Shown piece after piece: positions 40,517 through 49,549 of a stretch of 64,000 bases of DNA (position 1 is its first letter; every line of letters starts with the position of its first letter). This stretch comes from a virus, in IMG/VR virus record IMGVR_UViG_3300035181_000829, positions 26,232-90,231 of that record; one strand, written 5' to 3'. Position numbers and translations under genes: made by a program. Under the pieces are notes generated by a model. That model was not told where the DNA came from. It saw nothing but the letters and a program-made list of their open reading frames with translations, and made no database searches.

Positions 40517-41077
40517 TTACCTTAGATTTTCCCGGCTGTAATTGACGTTTACCTTTTGCCCGTCAAGAAGCATCCGCGCAAGCTTGGCACAGAAGTAAGC
40601 ATCGGCCTCGTCGCTGCAAGAGGCAATAAACCCCTCATGTGCTGCCCAACCCATGATTTCGTCTTTCTTCGCATTGGCCTTGCCGGTAGCGAATTTCTTG
40701 AGGGAAGTTGGCGGCACTGCGATGATAGGCACTTTCAGTTCGCGGATGAAATGCCACTTTAGCAGTCCGATCATTTCCGCCCGCGCCGTTATCTTGCCAG
40801 ACCTTGCATTGATCGGACCGTAGTCCTCGATACATACGGATACAATCGGACGGGGCAGGTTGCCAAGGGTAGTGATAATTTCCTCATACAACCACTGTGT
40901 GCGGTAGGTGTCGCTGCCGAGTTTGGGGTCAGAACCAAGTGCAAACCCATAGTGTTCGCCGCCACACTTGTATGGTAAGCAGTAAACACCGAATGATGTG
41001 ATCGACGCATCAAGCCCAATCACATAACCCGAAACGTTTTCTTTCTCCGTTCGAAGCAGCTTACCGCTACTGGACAT
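40517..41077 (-). CDS. ruvC: RuvC-like Holliday junction resolvase
   Basis: IGLDAS, CIED, PTSLKKFATGK.NAKK, DEADA. Confidence 0.85.
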   Translation of the reverse strand: MSSSGKLLRTEKENVSGYVIGLDASITSFGVYCLPYKCGGEHYGFALGSDPKLGSDTYRTQWLYEEIITTLGNLPRPIVSVCIEDYGPINARSGKITARAEMIGLLKWHFIRELKVPIIAVPPTSLKKFATGKANAKKDEIMGWAAHEGFIASCSDEADAYFCAKLARMLLDGQKVNVNYSRENLR

Positions 41078-41907
41078 TTCTTCGCTCTCCCACAATCGAT
41101 TTTGTCACATATCCTATCAGGAAGTTGCCGAGTTGCAAATGCCTTCTGCACTTGTTTGGCCGGGACATAGATGCGCGCTAGACGCTTCAAATCGATGCAC
41201 TGCGCTTCTAGCTCCTTGAATGGGGGAGTCCTGTATAGTTCGGTCATGGAGCGATCAATGTAGATGAACCTAACAATCGGGCTAACAGTGTAGCCTAATT
41301 TATCCGCAATCGACAGAAGCATGTAGCGGTAGTTGCTAGCCTGCACTAAGTGATCACCTAGAGGTTCTGCAAGCGTATCCCACGGAACGTCCGCGCGATC
41401 AATGGTCTTTACTTCGTAGACGTGGAATACATTGTCGGTATCAAGCAGGATTATGTCAGCGTGGCCGATGACGGTCTTGCTCTTGTTGAACAGATCGGTT
41501 TCAACGTAATTCGTTATGCCGTGTCCGCACTTGTTACATTTGGCAGAATGATCGTAACTGGCATGTATCCGCTTGGTTTCCCCGCAAGCGCATATCCAGT
41601 CCCCCCAAAGCATACCGCGAAACTCCGGGTTACGTTGGATGAACTGTGTGATGATGTAGTCACCTAGGAACTTGCCGGTATCCCATAGCAGTTGGAACTT
41701 GGGAGGCACGCCCCCGCCAAGACTATCTCTATCCTCTGCGTGTGTGAGCACAAATTCCCGCGCGCAGAACCGATCCGTATCTGTAAGGCGTATAAGCGAG
41801 CTTACATGGATAAGCGGGATACTGCGGTCTTTTTTCTTGCCCCGCTGTTCACGCCGGAAAGACAGATTCAATGTCTCTGCAAATATCTTACTTGGCAAGC
41901 TTGGCAT
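41020..41907 (-). CDS. Cas4-like PD-(D/E)XK exonuclease
   Basis: IHVSSL...C.R, GHADII...YEVKT, Q...Y, C-terminal Cys cluster; extra CxC/CxxC insert. Confidence 0.75.
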   Translation of the reverse strand: MPSLPSKIFAETLNLSFRREQRGKKKDRSIPLIHVSSLIRLTDTDRFCAREFVLTHAEDRDSLGGGVPPKFQLLWDTGKFLGDYIITQFIQRNPEFRGMLWGDWICACGETKRIHASYDHSAKCNKCGHGITNYVETDLFNKSKTVIGHADIILLDTDNVFHVYEVKTIDRADVPWDTLAEPLGDHLVQASNYRYMLLSIADKLGYTVSPIVRFIYIDRSMTELYRTPPFKELEAQCIDLKRLARIYVPAKQVQKAFATRQLPDRICDKIDCGRAKKCPVAVSCFERRKKTFRVM

Positions 41908-42283
41908 GGGCCAGAAGTTCCTCTAGGTCGTCAACACGAATGCAAGCGATGGAGTGGGTAGGCTTTCCTTTGGGATCAACAAGCTCAACGATGATGATAG
42001 GCATTTCATCGCACCCGCGAGCGGCAAGTTCAATGGTGTCGATCATTTCCTTGGTGACACGGAAGCTATCATGCTTGGTCGCCTTGTGTTCAATGCGCGC
42101 GACGTTCTTGACGCGCACATCACCTTTTTCTTTCTTGTTACCGCTTCCCGCAGTGCGATGCCCGCCGAACTTGGCCGCAACCTTTTTTTCCAAACCCTTC
42201 GACGCCCTGTAAGCAGGTCCGGGCTTTACCGCATCACGGGCAAGGCGTCGAATGATCGGATTGTCGCTCACACCAAGTCCCAC
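41888..42283 (-). CDS. PD-(D/E)XK resolvase-like endonuclease
   Basis: EKKVA...GSGN...KGDV...IEHKAT. Confidence 0.75.
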   Translation of the reverse strand: MGLGVSDNPIIRRLARDAVKPGPAYRASKGLEKKVAAKFGGHRTAGSGNKKEKGDVRVKNVARIEHKATKHDSFRVTKEMIDTIELAARGCDEMPIIIVELVDPKGKPTHSIACIRVDDLEELLAHAKLAK

Positions 42284-43467
42284 CGCTTACGGAAAGCGTC
42301 AACGATGTTGTTCTGCAATCGATTGTAAGCTATCGAGTTTTCGACTGCCCAAGTATTAAAATCTTCGGCGGATTTGAACTTGTAATTTACATCGTCATAC
42401 TCGAACGAAGTCGGACCTCCTATGCACACACCAACCTGAATGCCGAATGCACGCATCGACTTGGCCTGATCAACCCATCCTTCGGGACAACCGTCAAGAT
42501 TGATCTGGCGGATAAGCTTGAACTTGGCTTCTTTCATCGGACCGCCACCTTTGTTCTTGGTGACTTTTAGGTCATGCTCATTGTAGATGACAAGCGAATT
42601 ACCGTCGCTATCATCTTTGAGGATTTCCTTGTTCTTGCATTCGAGTTGCTGGGTAGTTGAGAACTCCAACGCCTTACCTCCCGGCAGCACGCGAGGATCG
42701 CCGAAGACAAGGCCGACCTTCGTCCGGAACTGGTTGATGTTGATGAGGGTAGGCGAGTGACCCCGCATCCTCTCTTTGAGAAGTCCGTTGTTGGTGCGGC
42801 GCACATACTTGCCAACAAGACGTGCTTGGATTGCCATTGTGTCCTGCATCGAGCTTTCATCAAGCTCTTTCATGGGCACAAGCATGGCGATACTATCCAT
42901 TACGACCATCTTGATTTCTTTCGCCCGCAGCATCGCATCTGCAAGGTCAACGGCGTGCTCGCCCGTTTCTGGCTGCACAACAACGATGCGTTCAAGATCA
43001 CAGCCAATCTTGCGTGCCCACGATTTGTCGAGCGTGCCCTCAACATCGACCCATGCTGTGATAGCGTAGGGGTCATCGCGCTGTAGGGTGGCAATAGACT
43101 TGAGGGCTAGAGTGGTTTTCCCCGACGATTTCTCCCCATAGAGCATATGGGCGCGGCTTGTGGTCCAGCCGCCTCCGAGCGCCAAATCACATGCAAGTAT
43201 CCCGGTGCGTGTGCGGGCGCTATCCATTGAACGGCTGGACGCCCGAACGAAGGGTGAGCCATACTGGCCGCTCTTGACGATGGTATCGATTACTTCGCCA
43301 AGCTCACCGTTGAATGAAGGAATTTCTGCTGCGGCTGGCATTACTGACCGCCTCTTGATGCCGCCCTTCTTTACAGGTTCGTTATCATCTATCGGCGTAG
43401 ATGCTTCGGGGGCAGGTTTCCCCACCCCCGTGCTACGTCCGACAGGCCGACGCTTAATGCCTGCCAT
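42268..43467 (-). CDS. recA: RecA/UvsX recombinase
   Basis: TG...DLALGGG, YGEKSSGKTT, DVE, QPETGE, VVMDSIA, QARL, INQFR.KVG..FG.P...PGGKALEF. Confidence 0.95.
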   Translation of the reverse strand: MAGIKRRPVGRSTGVGKPAPEASTPIDDNEPVKKGGIKRRSVMPAAAEIPSFNGELGEVIDTIVKSGQYGSPFVRASSRSMDSARTRTGILACDLALGGGWTTSRAHMLYGEKSSGKTTLALKSIATLQRDDPYAITAWVDVEGTLDKSWARKIGCDLERIVVVQPETGEHAVDLADAMLRAKEIKMVVMDSIAMLVPMKELDESSMQDTMAIQARLVGKYVRRTNNGLLKERMRGHSPTLININQFRTKVGLVFGDPRVLPGGKALEFSTTQQLECKNKEILKDDSDGNSLVIYNEHDLKVTKNKGGGPMKEAKFKLIRQINLDGCPEGWVDQAKSMRAFGIQVGVCIGGPTSFEYDDVNYKFKSAEDFNTWAVENSIAYNRLQNNIVDAFRKRWDLV

Positions 43468-43479
43468 ATCGTTCGTCCC

Positions 43480-44379
43480 TTATCCGGCCTGAGCCGCGAG
43501 CAGCGCCTTGATGTAAGCGGGCTTCTTCGCGGACAGCTTCGACCCCTTCGGCAGGACGGGGTGTTTGATGCCCCATTCCTCGACGATGCCTTGCAGTTCT
43601 TCGAGCGTCATGGCCGTAAGGTCTTCCTCGGTGAAGGCTTCTTCCTCGCCTTCTTCCTCGCCGCTTTCCTCGCCTTCTTCCTCGTCGCCGAACAGCTTCT
43701 CGTAGGCTTCGATCAGCTTGTCTTCATCGGCGAAGGCTTCGAGGGCCTTGCGCTTGATGGCAAGGGTTTTGCCCTTGATACCGAGTTCATTGCAAAGCGC
43801 CGTGGCGTCGTCGTCATCGAGCGAAGCGAGGTCGATTTCCTCGCCTTCTTCCTCGCCTTCTTCCGCTTCCGCTTCTTCCTCGGCCTCGTCTTCGGTGAAC
43901 AAGGCTTCGACCACCGCCGCGCGCAGCTTGACGACCGGCAGTTTGGTATCGACTTCGAGGCCATGTTCCTTGACGAGCGCAACAAGATCAGGCTTGCCCA
44001 TCGCGGCAACGTCTTCCTCGGTCAGTTCGGCTTCTTCTTCGGTCTCGTCTTCGGCTTCTTCTTCGGCTTCTTCTTCGGCCTTGCCTTCGGCCTCGGTGAT
44101 GGGATCGGTATCCGGGTAAACTTCGAGCAACGAGGTCACCCAGCCGTTGACCCGTTCGGTCACTTCGGTCTGTGTCGCGTCGAGGTCAGCTTGCGTGCAC
44201 ATGATTTCGATGCCGGGGGCGATGAACACTTCCGAACCATCGGGAAGCCTGCGCTTCACGGATACGGTAAGTTTGGCGGTCGCGGCCTTGGCCAACAGCT
44301 CACCCGAGGATGCGCTTTCGGGGGCTGGCGACGATGCGACCTTTGCGACTGGCGGTTTTCCGCTGCGCTTGATTGCCAT
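43480..44379 (-). CDS. Highly acidic protein with three small helical (HeH/Rho-N-like) repeats
   Basis: Glu-rich linkers; repeats TEEDVAAMGKPDLVALVKEHGL, DLASLDDDDATALCNELGI, TEEDLTAMTLEELQGIVEEWGI. Confidence 0.75.
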   Translation of the reverse strand: MAIKRSGKPPVAKVASSPAPESASSGELLAKAATAKLTVSVKRRLPDGSEVFIAPGIEIMCTQADLDATQTEVTERVNGWVTSLLEVYPDTDPITEAEGKAEEEAEEEAEDETEEEAELTEEDVAAMGKPDLVALVKEHGLEVDTKLPVVKLRAAVVEALFTEDEAEEEAEAEEGEEEGEEIDLASLDDDDATALCNELGIKGKTLAIKRKALEAFADEDKLIEAYEKLFGDEEEGEESGEEEGEEEAFTEEDLTAMTLEELQGIVEEWGIKHPVLPKGSKLSAKKPAYIKALLAAQAG

Positions 44380-44905
44380 GTTGATGTTCTCCTGTCAGAT
44401 ATTTGTTGCGGATGGTATCGACTTCATCATTCACCTTTTGAATTGTCTCGTCATGGTTCTTCTGATAACGACGAAACCTGTTCAAGTGGTTTCCGATGAC
44501 GGTGAGGATCACCCGAACTTCTTCGGGGTGATAGACACCTAGTTTCCGGCCATGCGGTTCATGCAGGACCGGATTTGGCAGTTGCTTGGTAGAGCCGGTC
44601 CAGCGCCAGACGGTCTGATAGGACATTCCAAGCAACGTAGCCAAATGGGTAATGCGGATGATCGGTAGAACTTCCGCTTTGTTTGTGAGAGTATTGAAGA
44701 CAAGCATCGACTCAGTTTCGCTTGCAATCGATTGCAAGCCTTCGAGCACGCGGTTGCCACAGAATCCAGCCGGATCGTTGTTAACCCCTGTGCGAGTCTT
44801 TTGCAGATGCCTATCGGCAACGTTCCCTTTCGGGAATACAAGCTTAGGCCGACGAGTTTCTACCGGCGGCGGTGCCGGTTTCCTTTTGATGATCTTGAAT
44901 TTCAT
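44300..44905 (-). CDS. MerR/Xis-like HTH protein
   Basis: RITHLATLLGMSYQTVWRW....QLPNP...VY.PEEV. Confidence 0.65.
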   Translation of the reverse strand: MKFKIIKRKPAPPPVETRRPKLVFPKGNVADRHLQKTRTGVNNDPAGFCGNRVLEGLQSIASETESMLVFNTLTNKAEVLPIIRITHLATLLGMSYQTVWRWTGSTKQLPNPVLHEPHGRKLGVYHPEEVRVILTVIGNHLNRFRRYQKNHDETIQKVNDEVDTIRNKYLTGEHQHGNQAQRKTASRKGRIVASPRKRILG

Positions 44906-46503
44906 TGACGCTTTACCGTTGCCCCCGCGAGACGCAATGCCCGCATCCTTGCCTTTGTCCGTGCCTCGCACAGATCGGCAAGGGCTTTCGCTTTCGTAAC
45001 CCCAAAGGGGTTGTCAGTTTCGACCACATCGTTTACAGCATACCATTCTGGTGTCGGCTTGCCTTTGGCGATTCGCAGGATACGACCAAGAGCTTGCTTG
45101 ATGTTCCCCCACGGGCTAAGCTCGACTCCCGTATCGAGACGCTGCACGTTTATTCCCTTTTCAAAGATTTTGTATGTGGCAAGGATAATCTGGCAGGTAT
45201 TCGTTATATTGTCAAGTTCGTTTTCGTCAGGGACATAGGTTTCCGTATGACATGAGAATATAACGAGTTTTCCGTTAGCGATATGTTTCATCAATGCAGA
45301 TGGAAGTTCAATACCATCGACAGGCTTACCCTGTTTCAGCTTGCGTATTGCCGCTTTTGCTTCATTTTCGGTATCTAAAACGACAATCTTATGTTTACTA
45401 CCTTCCTCGGAGTATGAATAAGAGACAACATAACGATCTGTTTGATAGCTTCCGGCGTGTATGCCTATAACGTCCGCTGGTAATCCGCGAGCAATCAACA
45501 ATTTCTTGATAACCCACAGGTGCGCGGTGCGTTCTGAGAAAGCCAAGACATTACGACCACGTTGGTAGCCGCGTTCATCTATGAGACGTGCTAGCTTTGC
45601 ATTACGTTCATCATGGTGGGCAAGATACTGGATTACCGCCGGATCATTCCAGAACGAGCGATTATCTTCATGTTTGAACGTGAGCGACCAAGCATGGGGT
45701 TTAAGCACTTCCTGCTTTGATACCGCCTTCGTATCCCCTATATGCGCTTTGATTACTCTACCATATGCGCCAGTCTTATTCTCCGCCGTGAAACCGTAGC
45801 GAAGCCGTGCTGGGAACATGGAGAAGACGCGCGAAAAGCTCGGCGACCCGAACACTTGAATTTCATCTAGTATGACAAGGCCAAAGTAAGTGTAGAAGCT
45901 GGGGTGGTAGCGTCGGCTGACAAGAGACTGCGCAAGAGTGATGGTTATAAGCTTGTCTTCATAGCTTACAAAATCCTGCTGAACACGTCCAACATATTTG
46001 TCTGTCCAAGAATCCCCGAAGAATTTCTTGGACTCTTTGATCCATCCGGCAGCAATCTTGTTCGAGTCAACAATAATCAAAGTTGGTGTCATCGTTGTAG
46101 ACGCTAGGTATAGGCCAGTAACTGTCTTGCCCGCGCCAGTGGTAGCGTTTGCAAGCGCATCCTGAACGCCGGGTTCCTTTGCAATCGATTGTAGCGTGTG
46201 GAAGAACTTGGCTTGCTTCTCGTCACGCGGTAGAATGGAGACAGGTTTCATCGCGCCGCTATGTGGGCTGTATGTCTGGTCGTTCCAATCTAGCTTCTCG
46301 AAGTGACGCAGTGCGAATGCTCTTGGAATGCTGACGCCGCCCGTCACTTCGCGAAATTCATGGACGGATACCGTCTCGTCTTCGCCTGTGAGAATGTTGC
46401 GAGCCGGATTGACAAAGGTCAATTCCCTACGCAACCATAGAAGCTTTTCAGCGTCTAGCAGATGCGTAGGGATAAAGGCCCGACTACCAAGGATCGGGCG
46501 CAT
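44902..46503 (-). CDS. Superfamily 2 helicase
   Basis: TTGAGKT, ILDEIQ, GFTA, KGINV..L, QALGRILR. Confidence 0.9.
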   Translation of the reverse strand: MRPILGSRAFIPTHLLDAEKLLWLRRELTFVNPARNILTGEDETVSVHEFREVTGGVSIPRAFALRHFEKLDWNDQTYSPHSGAMKPVSILPRDEKQAKFFHTLQSIAKEPGVQDALANATTGAGKTVTGLYLASTTMTPTLIIVDSNKIAAGWIKESKKFFGDSWTDKYVGRVQQDFVSYEDKLITITLAQSLVSRRYHPSFYTYFGLVILDEIQVFGSPSFSRVFSMFPARLRYGFTAENKTGAYGRVIKAHIGDTKAVSKQEVLKPHAWSLTFKHEDNRSFWNDPAVIQYLAHHDERNAKLARLIDERGYQRGRNVLAFSERTAHLWVIKKLLIARGLPADVIGIHAGSYQTDRYVVSYSYSEEGSKHKIVVLDTENEAKAAIRKLKQGKPVDGIELPSALMKHIANGKLVIFSCHTETYVPDENELDNITNTCQIILATYKIFEKGINVQRLDTGVELSPWGNIKQALGRILRIAKGKPTPEWYAVNDVVETDNPFGVTKAKALADLCEARTKARMRALRLAGATVKRQ

Positions 46504-46508
46504 GGTGG

Positions 46509-47333
46509 TTACCAGCCGCCAACGTTACCGAGGTCGCCGTCTTCTTCGTCGCCGCCAAAGTCTGCGGAGCCTGCAACACGCTTGGTTCCGCCGCCGCTAC
46601 CGAGGCCATAGGTTTTCGACATTTCATCGGCAGAGAGGACGGTGAAAATATTCGAATAGTCGGCAGGTTTTGCGAGGTCTTTATACTTCGCCAGAACGGG
46701 TTCCGCGATTCGCTTGTCGAATGAAATGTCCTCGCCGATACCCGCCTCTTTTTCGCCGGAACGTGCACAGTTGATGACAACACCACGGAAGTCTTTGGCA
46801 AAGCGTTGTTCGAACGCTCGCTTGAACTTCGCCATGTTGCGGCCCTTGACGGGAAGCAGTTTCTTGCTGATCTTGACGGTCTCCCCTTTTTTGTTGGTGT
46901 AGGGGCGACGGTCGAGCACAGTGAGCATAAGGGTGTAAGACCCCTCGCGGCCTTCGTGCTCACACAGAGGGCATGTGACACCGGAGTCCGCGATGCAGAC
47001 AACGTTCTCCCACCGACCTTTGTGCTTGATGGTATGTTCCGACACGAAGAAAAGTTCTTCGGAGTCGAGGATGACGAGTTCCGCTTCTTCGCCCGGTTTG
47101 AGCCTGAAACGATACGGCGTATCCTTCATCTTGTCGTAGCGGGCCTGTTGAGCAGCCTGCTTCTGTTCGCCCACTTCGAAGCCCTTGGCCCCGTGAACGA
47201 TGGGTGTGGCCTTGACAGGTGCCCCCGATTTCTTCGCACCGACTTTAGCGACGGTGCGCTTAGGTGAGACGGTGCGTTTAGATGAGGCGGTAACCGGCTT
47301 ACTTGCCGGGGTGGCGATTTTACGGCGGATCAT
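46509..47333 (-). CDS. Single-stranded DNA-binding protein (gp32-like)
   Basis: FRLKPGE...H...C...CPLC Zn motif, acidic/aromatic C-terminal tail, position next to primase; AAGGA RBS before ATG 47333. Confidence 0.65.
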   Translation of the reverse strand: MIRRKIATPASKPVTASSKRTVSPKRTVAKVGAKKSGAPVKATPIVHGAKGFEVGEQKQAAQQARYDKMKDTPYRFRLKPGEEAELVILDSEELFFVSEHTIKHKGRWENVVCIADSGVTCPLCEHEGREGSYTLMLTVLDRRPYTNKKGETVKISKKLLPVKGRNMAKFKRAFEQRFAKDFRGVVINCARSGEKEAGIGEDISFDKRIAEPVLAKYKDLAKPADYSNIFTVLSADEMSKTYGLGSGGGTKRVAGSADFGGDEEDGDLGNVGGW

Positions 47334-47419
47334 ATCGTGTCCTTGAGGTTCAGGTTTTTCCAAGTGTCCGTAGACCTGCTAAGCTAACCATATCGGAACA
47401 TGAAGTGCAAGTCCTTTTT

Positions 47420-48523
47420 TTATAGCGTCCTTGCCCATTTTGGCTTGGTTGCTATCCGATCACCATTGGAATTAAAGGGGGCACGACCGTTAAACAACCA
47501 TGCGTTATTGATCATCCGGTGTAGAACTTCGGAAGGCAGGCTTCCGGGGTCTGAGCCGTCGAAGCTTCTCTCGTATGGCACAATCCATACGGATAATTCG
47601 TTATATAGCTGGAATGCCCATGCTCTTGATGTGTTTAGTGAACCATCCTTGTCCGGTATTCCGAACGCAGCTTGCCATCCCGCCACATCATTGTCGAACA
47701 GCAGGTATACAGGTTCACCGGAGTCAATGAGTATGCGTATTTTTTCCGGCGTGCTAGCAGTGCCTAAGACAGCATGTGTGCCAAGATAATTGTTATGGAC
47801 AAGATTTGCGTAGTCGAACAATCCCTCAACAATGATCTTGCGTTGCTCTTTGTGTCTATTGCGCAGATGCAGGAACAGTTCGAGTTTATTGAGGCCAAAG
47901 TAATCCCTGACCTTTGGGTTCGCTTTGCTATAGGTGGACTCTGGCAGGATAGACCGGCCCGTGAAGCCACGGAAGCGTTGTCGATAATCGTAGACCGGAA
48001 AGAGCACTCGTTGCTGTATCGGGTCGAACCGTAGCTGCATCCGCATTACGTCAAGAAAAGTGACGTTGCGTTGCGATAGGTAGGGCAATCCGAGGGCTTG
48101 CGGGAATAGGTTTAGGGCCGTTTCCGGCAGAACGGTTTCGCCCGCCGTTGCCGCGTTGTAATCGATTGTAGCGACGGCTTCCCAATCGGGCAGAGGCTTG
48201 GAAGCGATGCCGTCCATTTCCGCCGCTTCCGCCCACGAACGAAGCTTGGAGTAATCTTTCTTACGGTAGCCCCCCAAACGTGTCGGCAAGCTGGCGAGTC
48301 GGCCAGTCATGTTGCAAGAGAAACACTTGTAAGCGGATGGTGCATCATCATGTAGCGATATGCCAAATGACGGGTGGCTATCATAGCCATCAGAATGTGT
48401 CCACTGCGCAAAGGGGCAGCGGATATTCATCCATCTCGTCCGCTGCTTATTCCCGGTGTATTCGACCTTGATAAGATCGATCCCTAGTTGACCTAGGACA
48501 TACCGGACGTTCGTTTCATCCAA
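47420..48523 (-). CDS. dnaG: DNA primase (CHC2 Zn finger plus TOPRIM)
   Basis: CPF...H...D.HPS...CFSC; IVEGLFD; LLFDNDVAG; TTG start with GAGG RBS. Confidence 0.88.
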   Translation of the reverse strand: MDETNVRYVLGQLGIDLIKVEYTGNKQRTRWMNIRCPFAQWTHSDGYDSHPSFGISLHDDAPSAYKCFSCNMTGRLASLPTRLGGYRKKDYSKLRSWAEAAEMDGIASKPLPDWEAVATIDYNAATAGETVLPETALNLFPQALGLPYLSQRNVTFLDVMRMQLRFDPIQQRVLFPVYDYRQRFRGFTGRSILPESTYSKANPKVRDYFGLNKLELFLHLRNRHKEQRKIIVEGLFDYANLVHNNYLGTHAVLGTASTPEKIRILIDSGEPVYLLFDNDVAGWQAAFGIPDKDGSLNTSRAWAFQLYNELSVWIVPYERSFDGSDPGSLPSEVLHRMINNAWLFNGRAPFNSNGDRIATKPKWARTL

Positions 48524-49013
48524 CGTATACCTCGTAGTTGCTCGCGATGGTGAGCGGATGCAACCATTCATCTGTTCGCATCCGCAAGTTCATGTTCCAG
48601 AAGGTGTCAAGCGTGGACATGATGCAGTTGCACTTCATGAGAAATTTCGCCTGCGTTTCATCCTCAATTTTCACTTGAAGGTTATGGCGTAGCACATCAT
48701 GCAGCGTCGGGTCCATACGCGGGTTTTCATTCTTGATGCGATTGAACTCTGCATCTTCGATTGCGGTGATGACGGAGAGCGCGCTTTCATGAATGATCGC
48801 CGAGAGCTTGAAGGTTTTGCACTCCACCGCGTTGAGGGTTGTAAGATAGACAAGCCCAGATTGGGGCGGTTCAAGGTCGAGACCAAATTCGTCCCAATCG
48901 GCGGGCAAAATCTTTTCGTTCTTCGACCATGCAATAATCTGCTCGATCCATCCCTCGTAGGATGCTGCCGTAGGCATCCCCCCTACAATACGCAGTGGAG
49001 TGACGTTGGTCAT
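48516..49013 (-). CDS. Hypothetical protein
   Basis: Coupled ORF in the replication operon. Confidence 0.7.
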   Translation of the reverse strand: MTNVTPLRIVGGMPTAASYEGWIEQIIAWSKNEKILPADWDEFGLDLEPPQSGLVYLTTLNAVECKTFKLSAIIHESALSVITAIEDAEFNRIKNENPRMDPTLHDVLRHNLQVKIEDETQAKFLMKCNCIMSTLDTFWNMNLRMRTDEWLHPLTIASNYEVYVG

Positions 49014-49549
49014 TTCTTGAGCATCCCTTTTATCCTGATGTTACGTTTGGCATTGCCGCTCGTTTTGGAGATAACGCGACGATGCAATGGTTCTTTTGTT
49101 TGTATCATCTTGGATTGCTCAAAGATGAACTCGTCGGCTTCATTCTCGACCGGAAGATCGGACACGCGAATGTCTGCTTTATCGCCGGTAGTGATCTTGG
49201 TGGCCGCAAGGGCAATATCACCGCCAAGCAGCGTCTGCACATCGGACTTGCTGGCAGTTATGCACGCGAGGAAGTTTTCACGGCTGATTTTGCCTTCCTC
49301 AAACATCGTGAGAATGTAGTTGGCATTCACCGTCTCACGTTCGGTAGCCTCGTATCGGAACTCCATCCCGCCAGTGCGGATAAAGGAGCCGATTGGCATG
49401 GAGTTCTTTAGCCAGTATTCCTTGACCGCATTGCGAAGCACAGTCTTTTCGCGATTGGCCGCGTTACCCGCGTCTTTCGCTTTTTCCTTGGCTTTTACGA
49501 ATGACAATGCGGCGACTTTGATGTTTTCTGGCAGCTTGAGCTTGGGCAT
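49010..49549 (-). CDS. Hypothetical protein
   Basis: ATG 49549 (MPKLKLP) overlapping the pol 3' end. Confidence 0.7.
   Translation of the reverse strand: MPKLKLPENIKVAALSFVKAKEKAKDAGNAANREKTVLRNAVKEYWLKNSMPIGSFIRTGGMEFRYEATERETVNANYILTMFEEGKISRENFLACITASKSDVQTLLGGDIALAATKITTGDKADIRVSDLPVENEADEFIFEQSKMIQTKEPLHRRVISKTSGNAKRNIRIKGMLKK

Noticed and set aside
41020-41907. Cas4-like gene as evidence of CRISPR-Cas
   Set aside because: Solo Cas4-like nucleases are common in phage recombination modules; no cas1/cas2 or array
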